Of a stretch of DNA of 64,000 bases, positions 48,003 through 57,193 are shown piece by piece; position 1 is the first letter of the stretch; each line of letters starts with the position of its first letter. A program made the position numbers and the translations under genes. Origin of the DNA: Longimicrobiales bacterium (GTDB taxonomy: Bacteria > Gemmatimonadota > Gemmatimonadetes > Longimicrobiales > Gaopeijiaceae); contig OZ241892.1 of assembly GCA_965203485.1 (NCBI GenBank), positions 736,001 to 800,000 of the forward strand. Reading direction: 5' to 3'. The notes beneath the pieces are model-generated. The model did not search any database, was not told the DNA's origin, and saw nothing but the letters and a program-made list of their open reading frames with translations.

Positions 48003-50395
48003 GGTGGCCGACGCGCCGCCGTCCGGATCGCATCCTCTTCGCAGCGGTTCTTGCGGGGCTGGCCGCTTGCGGCGACGGCGGCTCCACGGTGGTGCCTCCG
48101 CCGCCCGCCGCCGTGGCGTCCCTCGACCTGACCGCGGCGAACACGGAGCCGCCCGTCGGGACCGCCGTTCCCGTGACCGTCCATGCCCGGGACGCCTCGG
48201 GCTCGCCCGTGGCCGGCGTTCGGATCGAGTTCGCGGTCGGCGCCTCCTCGGGAAGCGTGTCGCCCGCGTCGCGAACGACCGACGCTTCCGGGGCCGCGTC
48301 CGCCACCTGGACGGTGGCAACCGTTCCGGGGCAGCAGACGTTGACGGCGCAGTCGGCCGGCGTCTCCAAGAACTTGACGGTGAGCGCCGTGCCTGGTCCT
48401 CCCGCCGCCGTCGTCGCCGAGGGCGAGACGGAGATCGTGTCCGACGTCGGCGCCGTCCTGCGGGACGCGGGGGCCGTCGTCGCGCGGGACCGGTACGGCA
48501 ACCCGACGCCGGACGTGGAGGTCGCCTTCCGGGTCGTGGCCGGCGGCGGCTCCGCCACTCCCGCCGCTGGGCGAACCGACGCTGCTGGCCGGGCATCGAC
48601 AGCCTGGAGGATGGGAGCGGCTCCGGGGGAGAACCGCTTGAACGTCGTCGTGGACGACTTGGAGGCGGTGACTTTCGTGGCCATCGCCGTCGGGGACGGG
48701 CTGGCAATTCTACGAGCCGCGCAGGAGCAATGGCCCAAGACGGACGAAATCGCCCTCGAGGGGCGGCGGATGGAGCTGATCTCCGACGCATTGGTTACGG
48801 TCGACGGCGCTCCGCCGGCCGAGATCGTGGTCCTGGACTCGGTCCGCGCCGTGATCCGCCAAGCGCCTCTTCCCGCAGCCCGGGCCGCCGGTTGCGCCAT
48901 GGAGCGCCAAGGGCAGCTGGTGGTCCTCGCCCGGAGCACGGCGTTCGAGGCCGAAGTCAAGCGCCGCCACGGCCCGGTCGTCGCCCTTCAGCAGGGCGAG
49001 GAACGCCGCTTCGAGGGCAACGAGATGTGCTTGCGCGTCGCGGGCAACCGCGGCAACCGCTACGTGCTGGCCGCAGTGGACCGGGCCTACATCGACGATG
49101 CGCGCTTCGTCTCGGAGGAGTGGCACTACAGAGGAGGCGCTCCCTTCCGGATGCGGCTGGCCGACAGCACGTCCGGCGCCCAGGCTCGTCACCGCATCCG
49201 TGCGCGTTCGGCAGCGCCCGCGCATGATTGGGCCACCCGTCGCCCGGATCACGTGCGCGTCCACCAGCCGGGGGCGTACGCTGTTCAGGGAGACGTGTAC
49301 GGGCGCTCACGCCCTTACGTGGTGGGCGAAGAGTTCGAATGGTATACCGGCGACGATCGCGAAGGCATCTTCCGCGTCATGGCGCTCTACCCGCCGAACG
49401 TGGTCCTCGCCGTGTTCAAGGACGACCTGCCGTCCCTGTGGAGCGACACTCGGGCCCTTGCCATGGACTCGCTCTTCCTGGCGTTGGGGTCGCGCGAGGT
49501 CCAGGCGCTCTACGAGGCGTCCTTCGGCGAGGGGCCCGCCGAGACCAGCGCCGAGACCGGCCAGATGCTGGTCATGTTTCACGACGGCGACCCTTCGGAC
49601 GCCACGGGGCTGACCTATTCGGCATCCAACTACCGCCAGTCCACGGTGCACTTCCGCCGCAACCCGTACTGGGACGACAACTCCTGGTACTACAGCTTGG
49701 TGGCCCACGAACTCGGTCACGCCTGGCAATTCAGGGCGATCGGACGGGTGAGCGCGGTCTGGAGCGGCGAAGGGATCGCCAACTGGATCGCCGAAGAGAG
49801 GCTCAGGCAGGCCGTGGGTCTCGACCTGGACGCCAACCACAACGCCGGCGTGGAGTTGCAGGGCTGGCCCCTCCGGCTTCCGGAGACCGGCGACTTCGTG
49901 GCCGGGTACCGCGAGAGCCATTCGTTCCTGCGCTTCCTGGTGACGCAGCTCGTGCTCGACCACGGTCAATCCTACGCCGACGCTGCGCGCCGAGTCGTGG
50001 TGGGAGCGTCCGAAGGCTGGCACGGACGCTACTTCACCGCCTACGACTCGATCGGCTACGACGAAGACGGAGGCTTGACCAACCGCATGCGCGAAGTTGC
50101 GGACGAGTGGGACGCCGTGGATGCGCGCTTGGACTGGATGATCTCCTTCGCCTTGGACGACCGAAGCAGCTTGGGCCGTTACCGCATTCCTTTCGTGCAA
50201 GGCGCATCCCGGCACTTTGGACCGTACCACCAGTTCCGCCTGGGCAGCGGCGCCAGCGTCTCCGAGGACTTCGCCGGCGGAGGCAACTACTATTTCGAGC
50301 TCCTGGGCAGCGGCGCCCTGCACATCCTGGCAAACGACGGCGATGCACTTGCGGACGGACCGCGGATGGCCTGGAAGCTGGTGCGGTACAGGTGA
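47999..50395 (+). CDS. Lipoprotein with Big_1 Ig-like domains and a zincin-like HExxH domain
   Basis: ATGA overlap with the upstream stop; LAAC lipobox; RD..G.PV.GV...F.V and TDA.G.A...W repeats; LVAHELGHAWQ...W..EG.A. Confidence 0.82.
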   Translation: MRWPTRRRPDRILFAAVLAGLAACGDGGSTVVPPPPAAVASLDLTAANTEPPVGTAVPVTVHARDASGSPVAGVRIEFAVGASSGSVSPASRTTDASGAASATWTVATVPGQQTLTAQSAGVSKNLTVSAVPGPPAAVVAEGETEIVSDVGAVLRDAGAVVARDRYGNPTPDVEVAFRVVAGGGSATPAAGRTDAAGRASTAWRMGAAPGENRLNVVVDDLEAVTFVAIAVGDGLAILRAAQEQWPKTDEIALEGRRMELISDALVTVDGAPPAEIVVLDSVRAVIRQAPLPAARAAGCAMERQGQLVVLARSTAFEAEVKRRHGPVVALQQGEERRFEGNEMCLRVAGNRGNRYVLAAVDRAYIDDARFVSEEWHYRGGAPFRMRLADSTSGAQARHRIRARSAAPAHDWATRRPDHVRVHQPGAYAVQGDVYGRSRPYVVGEEFEWYTGDDREGIFRVMALYPPNVVLAVFKDDLPSLWSDTRALAMDSLFLALGSREVQALYEASFGEGPAETSAETGQMLVMFHDGDPSDATGLTYSASNYRQSTVHFRRNPYWDDNSWYYSLVAHELGHAWQFRAIGRVSAVWSGEGIANWIAEERLRQAVGLDLDANHNAGVELQGWPLRLPETGDFVAGYRESHSFLRFLVTQLVLDHGQSYADAARRVVVGASEGWHGRYFTAYDSIGYDEDGGLTNRMREVADEWDAVDARLDWMISFALDDRSSLGRYRIPFVQGASRHFGPYHQFRLGSGASVSEDFAGGGNYYFELLGSGALHILANDGDALADGPRMAWKLVRYR

Positions 50396-50954
50396 GGTGG
50401 TCGATCCGCCTACTTCCTCCCGAATGCCCACGCCGTCGTGGCGCTAGGAGCGGATGCGGAAGGTTGCGTTTTCGACCGCGATGCTGCCGTCCAGATAATC
50501 GGGGGCAGGGGTGGCGGCCCGAGCGAGTGCCGGCGCCAACGGGATCGAGGCATCGGCGGATGGGCGCCTAACGGTCTCGGACCGCGGGAATCGCTATGAA
50601 GATTTCTTGGGCGGCCGAACACGCGGTCGCCAGCGTCGCCCAGGCCGGTAGCCTATAGCCGCATTGCTGAGCTGGCGGTCCACCAGAAAACGGCTCGCGT
50701 GCTCCGCGCCGGACCGCCCAGCGTCATCCAGTCAGGGTCCGGGGTCGTCGTCCGCGTCAGGACAGCAATGCTTCCAGCGGAGCCGCGACGCGCCGCACGG
50801 GCAACAACCCGCATGGTCGTCGACATGGCCCAGGCCGAAGACGAGGAGCGCCGCCGCGACAAGCGCCGCGGTCTTCATCGGGACCCGCGCGTCTTCATGT
50901 TGTTCCTCCGTGCGGTTGACGAGCGCCGACGGCCGTTGAGCCCGCTAAGGCCAT

Positions 50955-50983
50955 GTTCAGAATAGTGAAGGTTCAGAATAGTG
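50955..50983. repeat. Short direct repeat GTTCAGAATAGTG x2
   Basis: gttcagaatagtgaaggttcagaatagtg, AT-rich relative to its surroundings. Confidence 0.6.
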
Positions 50984-51169
50984 GAAGCGCCGCCTCGGTT
51001 CAAGCCGGCGCGGGCCGAGGTCGGCTCTCGCGCGAGGGCGCTGGCCGCCTAGCAGCGCCGGGAGGGTCGCCTTGAAGCGCCGGGCGCCCGGCAAGTCGGC
51101 GCGTGGCCGTGTCTTTCGGTCATGCGGCGGCTTTCTGACCGCGCCCCTTCGACCACCAGCCCTTCGACC

Positions 51170-51540
51170 ACCATGCGGCGCCTCGCCATCGTCCGCAGGC
51201 TCCAATGCGTCGCGCCCTCCGGCTTGTTCTCGAGCGTGTCCTTGACGATCGCCTGGACCTTTTCGTCCGAAGTGCTTCGCTTCCGCCCCCGGCCGGGCCG
51301 AATCTTCCACAGCGTGCCGGGATTCTCCGCCTCGAACCGCTTGCGCCACGTCAGAACCGTCGACCGCGACACCCCCGCCCTCCTCGCGATGCCCTGGTTC
51401 GACACGCCTTCGGCCGCCAGCAGAAAGATCTTGATGCGCTTCGCCACGTCCTGCGGCGTCTTGCCCGCGCGAAGCCATCGGTCCAGTTGCGCCCGGCGCT
51501 GGCAGACAACTCCAATGCTCAGCAGGTCTCTTCGCCATCG
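51170..51540 (-). mobile_element. IS630-family transposase remnant (HTH part only)
   Basis: R.KI.LLAAEG.SN..IAR..GVSR.TV..WRKRF...G.GRK...I...TL..KP.GATHWS.RTMA. It has an N-terminal frameshift and no DDE domain. Confidence 0.8.
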
Positions 51541-51960
51541 TCTCGTCCCTTGCCAAGAGGCGCTTGTCGCAACCAGTTCGAGACCACACGGTAGCCCGCT
51601 TCATGCAATCGTAAACCCCAATCGGCGACACTGGAGTTGGACTTTGACGCCGTCACTATAAGGCGGCCTCCTATGAAGATGTCACGAGGGCCAGCAACTT
51701 AACCTTTCTGGCGTGTGCTGATTCGGTTGCATATAGGCTGGATGGTTACAACCATGTCCTCACGGAACACAAGCTGGGAGCGGAACCGCGTGTGGTTGCG
51801 ATTCCCGCGTGGAGGTGATGGAAGCGGCGCGCAAGCGAATGGAGGCTTCCAGCGAGTCGTTCTTCGATTGGGGGTACAAGAACCTGTTTTTGGCCGACGA
51901 CGGCCGGCTCGTTGTAGAGACGCCGACAATGGGGGGTGCGGTGGAGGTGAGCTTGCCTCC

Positions 51961-53217
51961 TCACGGCCCCATCGCCCCCACCGGGATTATGCCGACTCGT
52001 CCGTTCGGAACCGCGCCGTAGCCGTTTGGAACGATGACGGCCAGCGCGGCCGGCTCGCCGTAGTTGCTGCTGGTCTTCATGCGGTCCGCGACTCTTGCGA
52101 GATTGGCCATCCCTTCCTTGATCCGGCGCTCGCCCAGCTTGATCTCGAAGGCCGCCCACCTGCCATGGCCGTCTTCGACGATGGCGTCCACTTCCAGGCC
52201 GTCCTTTTCCCTGTAGTGGAACACGTGGGCGTCGGCGGCCTGAGCGTAGACTCGGAGGTCCCGAACGACCATGGACTCGAACAACAGGCCGAACGCCTCT
52301 AGGTCGCCCAGCAAGCGGGACGGAACGGCGCGCAACGCCGCCACCGCCAGCGACGGGTCCGCAAAGTGCCTGACGGGCGTGGTTCGCAGGGTGGTTCGAG
52401 AACGCAGATGCGGCGACCACGCCGGTTGGTCTTCCACGATCATGAGGCGCTCCAGAACCTCCAGGTATTCGGCGGCGGTGCTCGCCTTGAAGGCGGATCC
52501 AGCGCCGCGAACATCTCTCGCAAGCGTCGCGACGGCGGTCGGCGTAGCGACGTTGCGGGCCAACGACTGCAACAGCCTGCCGATCTTCACGGGGTCCCGG
52601 CGCTTGTCGCCTGCTTGCCGAACGTCAGCGCGCTGAACCTCCGCCAAGTAGTCCCGGTTGGCTCTCATGGCTTGCGTCAGGTCGTAGCCCAGATTCCCGG
52701 GCCAGCCCCCTGCGCACACCAGTTCCGCAAGGCGGCGAATGGCTAGGCTGGACGGCGCCGACCGTTGCGGTTCTCCCGCCAACAGGCCGGCCAACGACAC
52801 CTCGCCGGTGGACTGTCCCGTCTCGAAGAGCGACATCGGGCGCATCCGCAGTCGGGCAAGCCGGCCTGCGCCCGTATGGCGTGCGATGTCGTCGGCCGGA
52901 ACGACCGAGCCCGTGAGGACGAACTGGCCTGGGGCGCCCCGCCGGTCCACGGTCCGTCGGATGTGGTTCCACACGGCCGGCTTCGTCTGCCATTCGTCGA
53001 CGAGGCGAGGGGTGTCGCCCTCGAGGACTGGCGCGGGATCGACGTCGACCATCTCCCGGGCGGCGGCGTCCACATCCAGGAATACCGCGCTGGCCGCCAC
53101 GGTCTCGGCAGTCGCGGTCTTCCCGCAGGCCTTTGGGCCCTCGACGACGACCGCGCCGGTGGCCGAGAGCCTTTCGGCCAGCTCCGCGTCGACGACTCGG
53201 GGAAGGTACTTCGTCAT
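51961..53217 (-). CDS. ATP-binding protein, AAA_14 + DUF4143 family (intact)
   Basis: GPKACGKT, LVDEWQ, LTGS, HTGAGR, GGWP, DPSLA, FES, YR.KDGLEVDAI and AFEIKLG motifs. Confidence 0.92.
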   Translation of the reverse strand: MTKYLPRVVDAELAERLSATGAVVVEGPKACGKTATAETVAASAVFLDVDAAAREMVDVDPAPVLEGDTPRLVDEWQTKPAVWNHIRRTVDRRGAPGQFVLTGSVVPADDIARHTGAGRLARLRMRPMSLFETGQSTGEVSLAGLLAGEPQRSAPSSLAIRRLAELVCAGGWPGNLGYDLTQAMRANRDYLAEVQRADVRQAGDKRRDPVKIGRLLQSLARNVATPTAVATLARDVRGAGSAFKASTAAEYLEVLERLMIVEDQPAWSPHLRSRTTLRTTPVRHFADPSLAVAALRAVPSRLLGDLEAFGLLFESMVVRDLRVYAQAADAHVFHYREKDGLEVDAIVEDGHGRWAAFEIKLGERRIKEGMANLARVADRMKTSSNYGEPAALAVIVPNGYGAVPNGRVGIIPVGAMGP

Positions 53218-53267
53218 GCGGAACAAATATGCTCGCGCGTCGGCCGCGGCAAGGCGGACGCGAGTTG

Positions 53268-53376
53268 CAGGGGAAGGATCGGCGAACGATCAGGGGAAGG
53301 ATCGGCGAGAAGTCAGGGGAAGGATCGGCGAAAGAATGGGGACCGGTCGGCGATCCACAAGGGGAAGCCGCGGCAG
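53268..53376. repeat. Five phased ~23-bp-period direct repeats upstream of the ATPase gene
   Basis: CAGGGGAAGGATCGGCGA is exact at 53268, 53291 and 53314, with degenerate copies at 53336 and 53359. Confidence 0.9.
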
Positions 53377-53420
53377 GGTCGGCGACCGGCGGACTCGCCG
53401 AAAAGCGGTCCGAAGCGCGA

Positions 53421-53861
53421 TCACGCCGCCGCCAGCGGATCGCGCGTGGGGAGTTCCGGAAAAGCGCGGAAGTCGCGGTCGAGAGTCAGCAGCGCTTCAG
53501 CGCCGTGGGCCAAGCAGAGGGCGGCGACGCGGGCGTCGTGGGCGACGGGTCCCCGCACTTTGGGACGCCTGCACAGCTCGCCGAGGATCTCCAGGAATCC
53601 GTCCGTCTCGCCGAGCAGGCGGTTCGAAGGCGAATCGGTCCATGCGCGAAGCTGGCGCCACGCGTGCTCGGGGGGTGTGGCCGCGTCCTTCCAGATGCGC
53701 CGGTTCGTGACGATGGACAGGAACTCGCAGCAGCACGGCCACGGAATCGCCCACGGGCGGGCTCCCTCGGCCAGCTCCCGCACAAGCTGGCGGGCCGCTC
53801 GGTGGGCGGCCGACTCCCGCCGGTGAGCATACACGAGAATGTTCGTGTCGACTGCGATCAA
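53421..53861 (-). CDS. vapC: VapC-family PIN-domain toxin
   Basis: MIAVDTNILVYA, E in W....EF...VT, HDA..AA and T.DRDF PIN motifs. Confidence 0.92.
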   Translation of the reverse strand: MIAVDTNILVYAHRRESAAHRAARQLVRELAEGARPWAIPWPCCCEFLSIVTNRRIWKDAATPPEHAWRQLRAWTDSPSNRLLGETDGFLEILGELCRRPKVRGPVAHDARVAALCLAHGAEALLTLDRDFRAFPELPTRDPLAAA

Positions 53862-53913
53862 AGGGGGCCTCCGGCTTCGGGCGCCGGCCGGCGGTCGTCG
53901 TGCGCGGCGGGCG

Positions 53914-54165
53914 TCACTGGGCGTCGGGGTCTCCGTAGACGACTTCGCTCAGATCTTGCCAAGAATAGGCCGCGAGGGGATCGTGGCCGCACGGCTCGCC
54001 CGTGCTCAGATCGGGGAGTCGATAGGGCCGGGGAGGCGCGCGGGAGGCGTCCAGAGCCATCCGCAGTCCGTCCTCCACCACGGCCCGGAGCGGGCGGCCC
54101 GTCTTCTTGGCGTGTCGTTTGGCGCGGGCCAGCAGGTGGTCGCGAATGTCGATGGTCGTCTTCAT
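53914..54165 (-). CDS. vapB: VapB-family RHH antitoxin
   Basis: MKTTIDIRDHLL..AK..A...G..L..VVE.GLR; directly upstream of vapC. Confidence 0.88.
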   Translation of the reverse strand: MKTTIDIRDHLLARAKRHAKKTGRPLRAVVEDGLRMALDASRAPPRPYRLPDLSTGEPCGHDPLAAYSWQDLSEVVYGDPDAQ

Positions 54166-55259
54166 GGTCCCATATTCGCCATACTTTGCAATATGGGCAA
54201 GCCATACAGCAGTTCGCGCCGTCTCGCCTTCGCGTTCTCGGTCGCCGGACTCTCGGACCCTCCGGACAACGTGTTGCGCGGCGGCGGCGCGTGGAGGCCG
54301 GACTCTTCGGCCCGAAGGCGCAGCAGCGCGACCACGATGTCGATCGTCGGCGTGGGGACGCCGGTGAGCTGTCCGAGCTCCTGCACTGCGGCGCCCACGG
54401 CGTCGATCTCCAGCGGGCGTCCCGCCTGCAAGTCCTGGAGCATCGACGTGCGGTGGGCGCCGACCGAGGCGGTTCCGTCGATCCGCTTCTCCAGGCCGAT
54501 GCGAAAACGAATGCCCAGGGCTTCCCCGATCTGCTGGGCTTCGGTCATCATGGCGCGGGCCACGGCGCGGGCGCCGGGATCGCCCGCGATGCGCTCCAGC
54601 GTGGCCAGCGTCAGCGCGCTGATCGGGTTGAACGCGACGTTGCCCCAGAGCTTGACCCAGATCTCGTCCCGGATCGGCTTGACACGGGTCCGAAATCCGG
54701 CGGCGGCCAAGACGCGGGTCAGCGCATCGACTCGCTCGGTCTTCTCGCCGGAAGGCTCGCCCACGACCAACCGGTTCTGCGACCGGTGGCGGATGACGCC
54801 CGGTTCCTCGATTTCCGTGGCCGGGTAGACGGCGCAGCCGATCGCGCGCTCCGGTCCGATGCCGTTCCACTGCGTTCCGCCGGGATCGACGCTCTCCAGC
54901 CGGCGCCCCTCGAAGACGCAGCCCGAACGGTGGAAGTACCACCAGGGAACGCCGTTCTGGGCCGTGACGACCGTCGTGTCCGGTCCCAGCAGAGGCTGCA
55001 TCGCATCGACCGCGGCGGCGCCGGAATGCGCCTTCAGCGTCACGATCACGTAGTCCTGCGGGCCCGCTTCCGCCGGATCGTCCGTGCAGAACGGCGTGGC
55101 GCTCAGCCTTTCGTTCTCGGCGAGCACGGTGACGCCGTCCTTCCGCATGGCCTCCAGGTGCGGTCCCCTGCCGATCAGCGTCGTTTCCACGCCGGACCGG
55201 GCCAAATGCAGGCCTAGAAATCCTCCCGTGGCGCCCGCGCCGAAGACGGCGACTTTCAC
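54162..55259 (-). CDS. panE: 2-dehydropantoate 2-reductase family protein, PanE2/oxalyl-CoA reductase-like
   Basis: GTG start overlapping the ligase stop; GAGATGG, QNGVPWWYF, W.KLWGN..FNP.SALT and TSMLQDL..GRPLEID motifs. Confidence 0.88.
   Translation of the reverse strand: MKVAVFGAGATGGFLGLHLARSGVETTLIGRGPHLEAMRKDGVTVLAENERLSATPFCTDDPAEAGPQDYVIVTLKAHSGAAAVDAMQPLLGPDTTVVTAQNGVPWWYFHRSGCVFEGRRLESVDPGGTQWNGIGPERAIGCAVYPATEIEEPGVIRHRSQNRLVVGEPSGEKTERVDALTRVLAAAGFRTRVKPIRDEIWVKLWGNVAFNPISALTLATLERIAGDPGARAVARAMMTEAQQIGEALGIRFRIGLEKRIDGTASVGAHRTSMLQDLQAGRPLEIDAVGAAVQELGQLTGVPTPTIDIVVALLRLRAEESGLHAPPPRNTLSGGSESPATENAKARRRELLYGLPILQSMANMGP
54169..54207. promoter_or_regulatory. Probable vapBC operator/promoter
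   Basis: Inverted repeat CCCATATT...AATATGGG plus repeated CCATAY motifs immediately 5' of vapB. Confidence 0.5.
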
Positions 55260-56950
55260 TTGGAGCGGCCCGGCCCGTGTCCGGGCTCCCGTTCGGCTTC
55301 CGTCCGGCAGGGGGCGGCCAGCCCGAGGCGCCCGGCGAGATCGGTCCGCCGCAACTTGCCCGAAGGCCCCTTGGGGAGCTGGTCCACGACGAAAAGCTTG
55401 CGGGGCGCCTTGAACGCCGCAAGCCGCTGGGCGGCGAATGCGCGGATGCTCGCCACGGTTGGGGCGTGGGCGCTGCGGCCCCGGCCGCCTCCGCGCTCCC
55501 GCAGCACGACGGCGGCGGCCACTTCTTCGCCCAGCGCCGGGTGCGGCAGGGCGAAGGTCGCGGCCTGCGCCACGGCCGGGTGCTCCATGAGGACGTCGTC
55601 CACTTCCCTGGGAGACACCTTCTCGCCGCCGCGGTTGATGATCTCCTTGATGCGCCCGGTCACCGTGAAGTGTCCGTCCTCGTCGAAGAAGCCCTGGTCG
55701 CCGGTGCGGAACCAACCGCCGGCGAAGGCGGCTCGGTTGGCGGCGGGGTTGCTCTCGTAGCCGGGGGTGACGTTCGGACCCCGGACGACGATCTCGCCGG
55801 CTTCGCCCGGTCCCAGATGGGCGCCGGCCTCGTCCACGACCGACATCTGCGGGCCGGCGGCTGGACCGACGGTGCCAGGCTTGCGGAGGGCGGGCGGAAT
55901 GGGGACGCTCGTCATCTGGTGGGCGGCTTCGGTCATGGCGTAGGATTCCACGACGGGCGCGCCGAAAGTCTCCTCGATGCGGCGGGCCACGGGGCGAGGC
56001 AGGGGAGCCGAAGACGACCGCACGAAGCGCAGGCGGGCTCGGGCCGCCGCCTCGCGGTTCCGTCCGGCGCGGGCCAGCACGGCTTGGTGGATGGCCGGGG
56101 CGGCGGAATACCAGGTCGGGGCGCAGTCGTCCATCCAGCGGAAGAACTTCAGCGCGTCGAAACCGGGCGCGCAGCAGACGGCGGCCCCTGCCGCCAGCGA
56201 TGCCAGCACGCAGGCGACGAGACCGTGCACATGGAAGAGCGGCATGACGTTCAGGCAGCGGTCGCCCGGCGCGAGCGCCAGAGAATCGCGGACGTGCAGG
56301 GCCGAGGCGCACACGTTGCGCTGGAGCAGGGGGACGAGCTTGGGCCGGGACATGGTGCCCGACGTGTGCAGAAGCAGCGCCGCGTCGCTGGCCCGGGGAG
56401 GATCGAACCGCGGCAAGCCGCGCGGGGGACGACCGTCCTCCCTTGCTGTGAGCGGTCCCGGTTGTTGTCGGCGCCGCGATGATGTCGACGTGCCGCCGCG
56501 CCGCTCGGCCGCTTCGGCCGTCGCATCCACAAGGCTGAACGTCCCCGCTGGGTCGTCGCTTCGCACGCGCGTCTCCAGCACGCCGATCCCCAGCGAGGCC
56601 GCGGCCGACCTCGCGGGCGAGCCGCCGCCCTCCGCCACCAAGACTGCCTTGGCCCGCAAGTCCGCCATGTAGAATGCCAGCTCGCGCTCCGTGTACGCCG
56701 GATTCAGCGGCGCCGCCACCGCACCGGCGGCGACCGACAGAAACGCCCCAGCCGCCTCCGGCCCGCCGGGCAAGGCGATGGCCACGCGGTCGCCCCGCCC
56801 GAGGCCTCGTTCGCGAAGCCCCGCAACTGTCCCCTCCACGTGCGCGCGAACTCTGCCGTAAGTCGCCGACGGCCGCCCCGGGGCCGCGAGCGCAACGTCG
56901 CCGCTTGCGCCGGCGTGCAAGAGCTCGAAGATCGTCGAGGGCATGGACAT
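55256..56950 (-). CDS. Acyl-CoA ligase, oxalate-CoA ligase-like
   Basis: APLNPAY, LHTSGT..RPK.VPL, NVMPLFHVHGL, RF.RSSSA.L, YAMTEAAHQM, WFRTGDQG and GRIKE.INRGGEK.SP.EVD motifs. Confidence 0.88.
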   Translation of the reverse strand: MSMPSTIFELLHAGASGDVALAAPGRPSATYGRVRAHVEGTVAGLRERGLGRGDRVAIALPGGPEAAGAFLSVAAGAVAAPLNPAYTERELAFYMADLRAKAVLVAEGGGSPARSAAASLGIGVLETRVRSDDPAGTFSLVDATAEAAERRGGTSTSSRRRQQPGPLTAREDGRPPRGLPRFDPPRASDAALLLHTSGTMSRPKLVPLLQRNVCASALHVRDSLALAPGDRCLNVMPLFHVHGLVACVLASLAAGAAVCCAPGFDALKFFRWMDDCAPTWYSAAPAIHQAVLARAGRNREAAARARLRFVRSSSAPLPRPVARRIEETFGAPVVESYAMTEAAHQMTSVPIPPALRKPGTVGPAAGPQMSVVDEAGAHLGPGEAGEIVVRGPNVTPGYESNPAANRAAFAGGWFRTGDQGFFDEDGHFTVTGRIKEIINRGGEKVSPREVDDVLMEHPAVAQAATFALPHPALGEEVAAAVVLRERGGGRGRSAHAPTVASIRAFAAQRLAAFKAPRKLFVVDQLPKGPSGKLRRTDLAGRLGLAAPCRTEAEREPGHGPGRSK

Positions 56951-57193
56951 GCCGACCAGAATCGCATCAATGCCGCGTCCCGCCAACTTTCCGTCTTCGC
57001 GGACGCACGCATGATAGCTCCATGGCCGCGTTCCGGCGCGTCGCTCAAGCTTCCGCCTTCCAGCCCTGCGCGCGCGCTGGCCTTGCAAGCCCGCCCGCGG
57101 CCGATCATCTTCATGCCCAAGCTGCGAGGCGCCAGGAGGTTGGATTGGCGTCGTGGCGTCGTGGGCGGCGTCAGAGCCGGAGGATCGACTCAC

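Noticed and set aside
50400..50950. Short ORFs between the peptidase gene and the IS630 remnant
   Set aside because: No recognisable family or clear RBS; probably decayed sequence, so no call can be supported.
51700..51960. Protein-like plus-strand stretch (EAARKRMEASSESFFDWGYKNLFLADDGRLVVETP)
   Set aside because: Looks like a gene remnant but has no identifiable start or family, and it runs into the ATPase 3' end.
53268..53376. Possible mini-CRISPR array
   Set aside because: Spacers are only ~5 nt, the period is 23 bp and no cas genes are present. Reported as an iteron-like array instead.
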